This document shows positions 17,859 to 25,521 of a DNA stretch of 64,000 nt, one piece after another (position 1 is the first letter of the stretch; each line of letters opens with the position of its first letter). Origin of the DNA: Candidatus Babeliales bacterium. GTDB taxonomy: Bacteria > Babelota > Babeliae > Babelales > UBA12411. Position numbers and translations under genes: made by a program. The stretch covers positions 263 to 64,262 of the forward strand of contig JAGMEA010000030.1 of the NCBI GenBank assembly GCA_023128415.1. Reading direction: 5' to 3'. A model generated the notes under the pieces. The model was not told where the DNA came from and did no database searches. It saw only the letters and a program-made list of their open reading frames with translations.

Positions 17859-20498
17859 CTAATAAGTATAGACCCTAGGACTTCCTGAAGTAGTTGGTTC
17901 TATAGCAAATGAACGTTCATCTGCTTTTACCCCATAAACTATACCTGTTGTTGAATCATCTTTAATAACAACAGCACCATCGCTAAGAGTAACAATTTGT
18001 CCACTACTTAGTCTTACCTTACGATTGCCGTCAGAGTCAATAAATAGCACACTTATACTTAGATCTGCATCTTCATCCTGAATATCTTTCAAAGTAGCTC
18101 TTTGTAGTAATGCAGAAACAAGTTGTAATGCTGTTGCATTTGATAGAGCAAAACTTTGTTTAGGCAAAAGGCCAATAAACCCAGATTCTGAAAGCAACCT
18201 AACCGAGCCATTTGATAAGATTTTAGTATCCTCTAGTATATTTCCACCAGTATTATCCCAATTAAAGCTTGTACCAGCTAAATTCTCTCCAATTATAAGC
18301 ACTCCGCCTTCATCAACACTAAGTATTCCACCTTCACCAAATTCCCAACTGCCAACTCTTCCAGCTGAAGCATTGCCCCTAATAGCATTAACTTCAAAAG
18401 TCCCACCATCTTGAACAAACAATAAACCACTTTGCTCAAAATCTAAATCAACAGTTGTCTTTTGCAGAGAAATATAAGAATTATCGCCACCAACTTTAAT
18501 CATTCCATTATCATCGACAAAAATTCTAAATGTATCAGTCTCGGCTGTACCAATAATTAAATGCCTGTCACTTCTAACTCTTATTTCTCCACCATGGACT
18601 ACATGCAATTCTCCAAATCCTAAAGAAGTTGCTCCCCTTAGAGTTACTGTGGCATTTTCCTCTAGAATCATTAAAGCACGATTTTCAAACCAAAGCTCTG
18701 ATGAACTCAATGTATCATTTCCTTCAAATATGATATTTACACCATCTTTAAGTTTCAAAGTTCCTTTACCTTTAAAGGCCAAACGTGAATTTGGTGAAAC
18801 AGTAATATTATTAGCTAGATATACTGTAGGATTATCACCCCTATCATTAAATTCAAATATTAATTCACTATCAGGTTCAAATAAAATATTTCCTGAAATT
18901 GTAAATGTATTAATTAGATCTATAACATTATTTCTTCCTTTAACCTGTATAGAATCAGTAATTTTGAGCTCAGTTTCCTCATCTCTAGCAAAAGCAACTG
19001 ATTCTTTAGAAAGAGTAAGATGAAGAGCCAAAGCAGGATGAACAGTAAAGTTAATTCCTATTTGCTTATCTAGGACAATAACACCAGAAGCATTATGTAG
19101 ATCTATAGGGATAAGAGGAATAGCTATAGAAATTATGGTTAAGCTATTATAAAGAATATTATCTGCATTCGTAACGATAGCCTGACTGTTGTATAAAATA
19201 TTATCTGCATTTGTTATTACCGCTTGGCTATTCGATGCAATATCATCTCTGTTTGTTGCTATTGCTTGACTGTTATGCAAAATATCATCTGCATTTGTAA
19301 CTATAGAATTGCTATTTAAATTTATATCATCTCTGTTCGTTACTATTGCCTGGCTATTATATAGAATATTATTGCCAAGGACAGTTGTATCTGTACGTAT
19401 AGTATCCCCGTTAGCACATTCTTTTATGGTCCCCCCACTAATTAATGATAAATAATTTTCTTCAGGGGTACCGAAAACTAAACTTCCAGGATTTATTTCA
19501 TCAAGAGAATCTAACCAAAGAGTAACTCCATCAATAGTAACAGAAGATAATTGATCAAAAGTCCATTTATAATTCTTCAATCCAAAAGTTGTAGAACCCT
19601 CTATATAAAAGCCACCAACAGTATTATTAATATTATTATCAAGTTCTATATAAACATTAGACAAAGACACAGTAGCTAAATCATCCAACAAACCCAGTTG
19701 ATTTTCCATCACACCCAAATTTTTAAAAACAATATCTGTTATTGCTAAAGTACCACCAGGACCAACGTAAATACCCCCTCCATTTAAAAAATTAATAATG
19801 TTTCCATTACCATTCAGATTATTAACACCATTAAAAGTGAGTGAGGAAGACAAATTAATTTTGCTAGTGAGGGTAACATCAGCAGCATTCTGCCAAACCA
19901 ATGAATGTGAAAAAGTTAAATCCTTACCTCCAAAAGTCAGTTTATGACCATTTAGATCTATAATTCCTGGGCCTATTATTTGTTTATCATCTGAAAATTT
20001 CAAATCGCTATCTAAAAATAATTGGCCATCATTAAGAACAATATTATGATCTAATTGAGTATCGATAGCCATAGTCAAACCACTGGTTACATCTTGCAGA
20101 GTGATGTCATTACTAAACTTTGAATTTCCTTCAAGTCTATTATTTAAACCAGATACACCAATTGACTGTAAAATAGTTCCAGCTCCTCCTCTTAAAGAAT
20201 TACTACCTAAAAAAGAAAACCTATTTATTAATGGCTCAAAGGTGGTACTTAGCTTAAGTTCATTACCTGCATCTTCTAAAATACCATTATCGAAAGATAC
20301 GGGCTCCCCCATTAAAATAGCATCAGCTTCTTTGATAAGAGTTCCTCTAAAATTCCTCCATGGTGATGCTATATTTAAAGTAGAACCACTATCAATAATT
20401 ATTGCACTATTTTTACTATTAAAATTAACAACACAGTGTAGATCACTAAATAAAAATAAAATCCAAAAAATAAATTTTATATCTGCTTTCATAACCAC
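17859..20498 (-). CDS. Exported beta-helix-like repeat protein (879 aa): N-terminal A/B-like modules + 14-residue repeats + ~390-aa C-domain
   Basis: Leader MVMKADIKFIFWILFLFSDL. It is Gly/Asn/Thr-rich with short beta-strand periodicity. There are six 14-aa repeats of the form NADNILYNSQAIVT. The C-domain is paralogous to that of 27486-28970 (DLDFEQSGLLFVQDGGTFEVNA vs TLDFEQGGRLEVVEGAVIEINA). Confidence 0.6.
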   Translation of the reverse strand: MVMKADIKFIFWILFLFSDLHCVVNFNSKNSAIIIDSGSTLNIASPWRNFRGTLIKEADAILMGEPVSFDNGILEDAGNELKLSTTFEPLINRFSFLGSNSLRGGAGTILQSIGVSGLNNRLEGNSKFSNDITLQDVTSGLTMAIDTQLDHNIVLNDGQLFLDSDLKFSDDKQIIGPGIIDLNGHKLTFGGKDLTFSHSLVWQNAADVTLTSKINLSSSLTFNGVNNLNGNGNIINFLNGGGIYVGPGGTLAITDIVFKNLGVMENQLGLLDDLATVSLSNVYIELDNNINNTVGGFYIEGSTTFGLKNYKWTFDQLSSVTIDGVTLWLDSLDEINPGSLVFGTPEENYLSLISGGTIKECANGDTIRTDTTVLGNNILYNSQAIVTNRDDINLNSNSIVTNADDILHNSQAIATNRDDIASNSQAVITNADNILYNSQAIVTNADNILYNSLTIISIAIPLIPIDLHNASGVIVLDKQIGINFTVHPALALHLTLSKESVAFARDEETELKITDSIQVKGRNNVIDLINTFTISGNILFEPDSELIFEFNDRGDNPTVYLANNITVSPNSRLAFKGKGTLKLKDGVNIIFEGNDTLSSSELWFENRALMILEENATVTLRGATSLGFGELHVVHGGEIRVRSDRHLIIGTAETDTFRIFVDDNGMIKVGGDNSYISLQKTTVDLDFEQSGLLFVQDGGTFEVNAIRGNASAGRVGSWEFGEGGILSVDEGGVLIIGENLAGTSFNWDNTGGNILEDTKILSNGSVRLLSESGFIGLLPKQSFALSNATALQLVSALLQRATLKDIQDEDADLSISVLFIDSDGNRKVRLSSGQIVTLSDGAVVIKDDSTTGIVYGVKADERSFAIEPTTSGSPRVYTY
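19131..19373 (-). repeat. In-frame tandem 42-bp (14-codon) repeats, about 6 copies
   Basis: It encodes NNILYNSQAIVT NRDDINLNSNSIVT NADDILHNSQAIAT NRDDIASNSQAVIT NADNILYNSQAIVT NADNILYNSLTIIS. The DNA periodicity is visible, e.g. attatctgcatt.gt.ac.at.gc.tg.ct.tt recurring. Confidence 0.85.
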
Positions 20499-20694
20499 CC
20501 ATCTGAATTATAAAAACAATTAAATATCAACATATAGATTAATATTTTTACATCATAAAAATCTAGTTAGATAATAATATTATTAATTAAACATCCAGAT
20601 AAAAGCTTAACTCTTTTTTAAAAAATAATTTTTCTTGATCTAATTGATAACTATTTTTAACTTTAAATCAAAATTAGTTTATATACTAAGAATT

Positions 20695-22779
20695 CTATTC
20701 TATAATCGTCAGATATCCAGAAACAAGCTCAATGTTTGCAGCAGGCCCTATATCTACAGATAAATCATCATTAAAATAAATACCTTCCGAAGGAATCATG
20801 CCTTCTCCACTAAATCTAGTGTTACCATTTATCATTAATTTTCCATTTGATAAATTCAAACCTGTTTTTGTCACATAAAAAGTACAATCATTCAAATACA
20901 ACTGCGATGTTTCATCTGTCAAAAAGAATAAATTTTGATTGGGAATTAATGGATCATAACTAAAAGTAACTCCACTACCGATTTCTATTCTAGAATTAGA
21001 AGCTAATGTATTTGCTCGAGAATTCCCTAATACAAATTGACTTGTACCAGATATAAAATTATCTCCACTAAACATTAGGCTTCCCATTGTTTGCGTAAAA
21101 TCCTGTGAAAAAGCAATTTTAACATTTTCTATTTCTATAGAACAATCTTCAGTTAAACACCTAATATTACTACCCAGCCCTTCTAAATTCAGATTCTTTA
21201 ATTTCAATGTAGAAGAAGGTTGCAATGAAAGAATACCATCGGAACCAAATATCAGCTTTCTATTTCCACCATCTATTGTACACAAACCTTTGATTTGCAA
21301 AGTTGTACTTAATTCAAGATCAGCTGCAAGCCGAATTGTTAAGTCTTCTAAACACGCCTCTGGTCTTAAATCTGTATAAACGCTAATCAAACCAGTCATG
21401 CCTCCTGTAGCAAAAAAATCATTGTTAGGAGTCCATCTAATATCCCATTGGTATGTACTCATTTCTAATTCTCTTAACAATGTCAGTGTCCCCGTTGCTT
21501 TATCAAAATTGTATAATCTTACCTCTGTATCACCAGAAACTGTTAACGACGAAACTAACAATCTATTTCCATCCTCAGACCACTGAATAGATCTAGGCCG
21601 AAAATCTAGATCACTAAGCGCAAATATCTCTACCAAGGTCCCATTCCAAACTCTATGTTCATAAACACGTAATCGTGATACACCAGAAGAACCAATCCCA
21701 ACAGCAATAAAAGAACCTGTTGGAGACCAATCAATTGCCGAAACATGCAAATCTAAATTGGCTCCCAGCCCAGTATCTGTAATTGTTGCACCATCAAAAT
21801 AATAAATATCTAACTCATTTTCACCACCGGTAGTACTCTTTAGAAATCCTACTGCAAAATAGTCACTTCCAGGACTCCACTTGATACAATTATTACCATA
21901 AGGATTTCTATTGGGAGAACGATCAACTGTATCTACAACAGACAATACACCTGTCCCACTATCAAAACTAAAGATTTGAATCTCTGTTATTGAATAACCT
22001 TGAACAATCAAAAAATTACCTGCCGGATCCCAAGAAAGGCTTCTCTTAGTAGTATCTTCTAATTGAAAAACATTAGAAAATTCTCCTATTTCAGGAGTAA
22101 ATTTAAAAGTGGCCAGATCAAAACCCCCAGCACTTCCATCTTGTTTTCCAGTCGCAAGAAAATATAAAGAAGGATGCCACCTTACACATTCAATACGATC
22201 AAACCCCCCGGCATCCATGTCCCAGGAACCTGTTAAAGTTAAAGTTAAACCATCAAAATAATACACCCTTAACATATAAGGAAAAACATCGGGATCATCT
22301 TCAAAACCAACTGCTAAATATTTACCATCAAACGACCAATCCAAAGTATAAATAGATGCGTTATTTTCTTGTTGAAAGACCAAATCTGGAACTGGCACAC
22401 CTTTATCGAAAATCAATTTTGTCATTGTAGTAGAAAAATCAATTATGTTTCCTTGTCCAGAAATATTACCAATACTTTCAATGGAAGATAGCCCATCAAA
22501 TGCTAAATCTCTTTGCAAATATAAAGTCCCACCCTTTAAATTAATTAAGCCGGTAACTGGATATAATGCATTATATGTACAACTAGTTAAATAATTTTGC
22601 AAAGCAAAACCCTCATCCATCTTTGCAAAACCCAAAATAGTATTATCGCTATCACTTCCCGGAAATTCTACAAAAGATTCTATCGATACTGCAGATTCAG
22701 AACCAACAACTAAACATAAAATATTATTCTGTAACAAAGGAAAAACAAAAAAGGAGCAAAAAATAATTTTTATGTTCAT
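20695..22779 (-). CDS. Exported mosaic protein: module A + 7-bladed beta-propeller + module B
   Basis: I take the start at the internal Met 22779 (MNIKIIFCSFFVFPLLQN leader); the ORF-track start at 22860 overlaps the upstream gene. There are seven W-x-x-x-G-x-[FY]-[LIF]-A-[VT]-G blades ~50 aa apart: WSFDGKYLAVG, WHPSLYFLATG, WDPAGNFLIVQG, WSPGSDYFAVG, WSPTGSFIAVG, WSEDGNRLLVS, WTPNNDFFATGG. The N- and C-terminal parts are paralogous to the 861-aa protein. Confidence 0.65.
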   Translation of the reverse strand: MNIKIIFCSFFVFPLLQNNILCLVVGSESAVSIESFVEFPGSDSDNTILGFAKMDEGFALQNYLTSCTYNALYPVTGLINLKGGTLYLQRDLAFDGLSSIESIGNISGQGNIIDFSTTMTKLIFDKGVPVPDLVFQQENNASIYTLDWSFDGKYLAVGFEDDPDVFPYMLRVYYFDGLTLTLTGSWDMDAGGFDRIECVRWHPSLYFLATGKQDGSAGGFDLATFKFTPEIGEFSNVFQLEDTTKRSLSWDPAGNFLIVQGYSITEIQIFSFDSGTGVLSVVDTVDRSPNRNPYGNNCIKWSPGSDYFAVGFLKSTTGGENELDIYYFDGATITDTGLGANLDLHVSAIDWSPTGSFIAVGIGSSGVSRLRVYEHRVWNGTLVEIFALSDLDFRPRSIQWSEDGNRLLVSSLTVSGDTEVRLYNFDKATGTLTLLRELEMSTYQWDIRWTPNNDFFATGGMTGLISVYTDLRPEACLEDLTIRLAADLELSTTLQIKGLCTIDGGNRKLIFGSDGILSLQPSSTLKLKNLNLEGLGSNIRCLTEDCSIEIENVKIAFSQDFTQTMGSLMFSGDNFISGTSQFVLGNSRANTLASNSRIEIGSGVTFSYDPLIPNQNLFFLTDETSQLYLNDCTFYVTKTGLNLSNGKLMINGNTRFSGEGMIPSEGIYFNDDLSVDIGPAANIELVSGYLTIIE

Positions 22780-22822
22780 ACCAGTCTGCCTTTTTAAATT
22801 AATTTTGAGAAAACGTAATTCA

Positions 22823-25408
22823 CTATACAATAAGTGGTTTTTTATAAACGTTTCCTTCAAAATGCATACTTCCTAGAATCTTCTTCTGTTTAGCAGCTTT
22901 AAAAGTACTATTCGAAGCAAATTCAATTATCGCATTACCTATGTCCATATCTTCATATAAATCAAGCTCTGCATATTCTCCAATTTTAATATTCGAATAT
23001 TGTACAGCATTCATAGAACTAAGTTCAATATTTTTATAAGCAAAAATTCCTTTATTTATGATTAGCTTTGCTCCTGCTTTAATATTACAAATAAAATCAT
23101 TATAGAAATCTCCATCTCCAAAAGTTATACCTTCACCTACATAATAAGTATTAGTAAGGGTTACTGTAATTGGCTCTTCAAAGAAATCAACTCCTTCTAT
23201 TATGGTTGTTGTAATATAACTATCGGAATCTGCCTCTAAATTGACTATACCACTAATAATAATTTTACCTTTAGTTAGCTGTAAACCCTCTGTTTGAGCA
23301 TATAATGTTGAATCTTTTAAAGATAAAATAGAGGTATCATCTGAAAAAGCTAATAACTCTTTATCATTGGTCCAAGGAGCATAACTAAACGTAACACCAG
23401 AATCAAAATGTAATTTTGTTTGGAAGGCAATTGTACTAGATTGTCCAGTTTGATATTCAAAAACATGCGAACCTTTTATTAAACACTTTTCATTAAAATT
23501 TATCTGCCCTAGAGAAAATGTATAATTATTATCTAAAATCAACCCAACATTTTGAAATACAACTATTCCAGAATCATCAAGACATTTAATGTTTTGACCG
23601 CCAACTCCACTTATTACTAAATCTTTTAAAATTAAAGTAGAACCACTTTCTACAACTAAAGCACCAAGAGATTGTAAATCCAAAATATTTCCATTACTAT
23701 TCAATGTACACACTCCACTAAATGTCCAAGTATTGGATAAAGAGACTGTTGAGTTCAAATTAATAGTTCCACTATTGCCATCAAAATAAACAGGATCTAT
23801 TGCATTTAAACTCTTATCGCTCAAACTTAATTCATATTTAGAAAGATTAACAATTCCGTCGTTTTTGAAAAATTTTCCTTGGCCAATCTGCAGATTGTTA
23901 TTTAACAAAAAAGTACCACCATTTAGATATACATCTTCTAATAAAGAACCATTTAAATCAAACAACAGTTGAGTGTCACTATTTTGGAAAGTTATCACTC
24001 CCCCAACATAACCCGTTCCATGAATTTTATTATTAATTCCATTAACTAACAAATAAAGGAGTAAGGTTCCTTTTGAAAGAAAAATTGAGTCATCACCATC
24101 TAATAAAATAGTGTTTTGATTATAAAGAGTTCCTGTAACATCAAATTCCCAATCTGGTGCTATAATTGTTATATTTTTATAAATGACATTTACCCCTTCC
24201 TCAATAGTTGCGAAGACTGGGCATTCTGCTTCAAAAGTTACATTAGAAATAATTAAATCTCTTTGAACATGTAAAGTATGACCGGCTTGTCTAATAAATC
24301 TTGTAGATTTAGAGTGACTATTCATAAATCTTGGATTTATCGAATCAAATACTGCATGGCCTGCAGTAACATAAATTCTAGCAGCAGGTAAAAATTCAAA
24401 TACAACTTCTGGTTCCTCACCATTACCTAAAATAAGCCCTGTATTTGTATCTGAAGAATTAAGGTCTATAATAACATTACTATCAAACTTAAAAGAACCA
24501 CGATCAAATCTTAATCCAGAAGTCGTTATATACAATGTACAATTCTGAAATCGCAAATTAGATGTATTATCTTGAAAATAGAATGGTTCTATATTATTCA
24601 AGCGACCGGCCTTAAGCATCATTCCATCATGTACTTTCCATTCAGACTTATAGTCAACTGTCGAAGTTTGATTAGATTCATAAGAAAATGTATAAGTACC
24701 CAAAAATGAAACTTCATCTTTAAAAAAGATACTTCCCTTATCAAAAGTAAAATCATCATCTTGAACCCAAGTTACCCCCTCTAAAATAATTTTTGCTGAA
24801 TCATCTGAACATTGAATATTATTACCCTTAATTCCCCGAATTTTAACATTACGTAAAAATAACGTTGAATTTGGAGCAACAATAATATAGGCAGAAGGGT
24901 CTAAAATAAGCTGGTGATTGTAACTACAAAGCCCCCCGTAACCTTGAAATGTAATCGTATTGCTCAAGGTTATGTCAGATTCAAAAGGAATCCTAATATT
25001 GTCAAAAATAGTGCTACCATCTGACGCCCCTTGTATCCATGTAGTACTACAACAAATTTCTAATAAGTGGGAATTTGCATATATAGAACCTAAACCATCA
25101 ATTAAAACATTTCCTTGTAACTTTAAGTCCTCTTGTAAATAAAAACTCCCACCATTAAAATGAATATCTCCAGAAACAGGATAAAGAGCATCATAAGTAC
25201 AAGTTGTAGAAGCATCTTCCAAAGAAAAGCCATCTCTTATCCAAACAAACCCTGTAACAGTATTATTTGTATCTGCAGCTGGAAAAATAAAAGAATCTGA
25301 CTCTATTGAAACCAAATTGGAAAACCCTTTAACTAAAGCATTCACTGAAGAAATAAAAAACAAAAAAATAAAAGAACACGTAACAATAGAATGCACTTTA
25401 ATATGCAT
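22823..25408 (-). CDS. Exported mosaic beta-helix-like protein (861 aa): modules A-B-A'-B' + tail
   Basis: Leader MHIKVHSIVTCSFIFLFFISSVNA. Module A: CTYDALYPVSGDIHFNGGSFYLQEDL. Module B occurs twice (about residues 146-318 and 555-726; DNA 24455-24973 and 23231-23746) and shares ..L.L.NV.I.G..G.NI.C.DDS... F.FD.G...F......G..TFSY.....L.F.D.TS.L.L...TLY..T.GL with the 721- and 233-aa proteins. Confidence 0.6.
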   Translation of the reverse strand: MHIKVHSIVTCSFIFLFFISSVNALVKGFSNLVSIESDSFIFPAADTNNTVTGFVWIRDGFSLEDASTTCTYDALYPVSGDIHFNGGSFYLQEDLKLQGNVLIDGLGSIYANSHLLEICCSTTWIQGASDGSTIFDNIRIPFESDITLSNTITFQGYGGLCSYNHQLILDPSAYIIVAPNSTLFLRNVKIRGIKGNNIQCSDDSAKIILEGVTWVQDDDFTFDKGSIFFKDEVSFLGTYTFSYESNQTSTVDYKSEWKVHDGMMLKAGRLNNIEPFYFQDNTSNLRFQNCTLYITTSGLRFDRGSFKFDSNVIIDLNSSDTNTGLILGNGEEPEVVFEFLPAARIYVTAGHAVFDSINPRFMNSHSKSTRFIRQAGHTLHVQRDLIISNVTFEAECPVFATIEEGVNVIYKNITIIAPDWEFDVTGTLYNQNTILLDGDDSIFLSKGTLLLYLLVNGINNKIHGTGYVGGVITFQNSDTQLLFDLNGSLLEDVYLNGGTFLLNNNLQIGQGKFFKNDGIVNLSKYELSLSDKSLNAIDPVYFDGNSGTINLNSTVSLSNTWTFSGVCTLNSNGNILDLQSLGALVVESGSTLILKDLVISGVGGQNIKCLDDSGIVVFQNVGLILDNNYTFSLGQINFNEKCLIKGSHVFEYQTGQSSTIAFQTKLHFDSGVTFSYAPWTNDKELLAFSDDTSILSLKDSTLYAQTEGLQLTKGKIIISGIVNLEADSDSYITTTIIEGVDFFEEPITVTLTNTYYVGEGITFGDGDFYNDFICNIKAGAKLIINKGIFAYKNIELSSMNAVQYSNIKIGEYAELDLYEDMDIGNAIIEFASNSTFKAAKQKKILGSMHFEGNVYKKPLIV

Positions 25409-25521
25409 GCACTCTCCCTTTTTAAAAAATATAAATATAGAATTAATTATTTTGCCAGTAAAAAAGTAAATTAGTCAATAAAAGTCTTAGAAAGATCAAG
25501 ATATATTTAACTAAAAAATTA

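Noticed and set aside
18649-19023. Multiple 60-140-aa ORFs antisense to or nested in the large genes (e.g. 18649-19023, 20101-20523, 27553-27933, 28096-28386, 32240-32623, 3183-3557, 2550-2840, 35418-35701)
   Set aside because: All lie entirely within longer, motif-supported or paralog-supported ORFs on the other strand or frame. They have biased, low-information composition and no start signals.
19131-19373. Regular 42-bp periodicity that could be mistaken for a CRISPR-like array
   Set aside because: The units are contiguous with no unique spacers, are in frame within a long ORF, and translate to a coherent 14-aa protein repeat. No cas genes are in the window.
22780-22860. N-terminal 27-codon extension of the 721-aa ORF overlapping the 861-aa gene
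   Set aside because: The internal Met at 22779 gives a typical leader (MNIKIIFCSFFVFPLL), as in all its neighbours. The extension has no leader character and would overlap the upstream gene by 38 nt.
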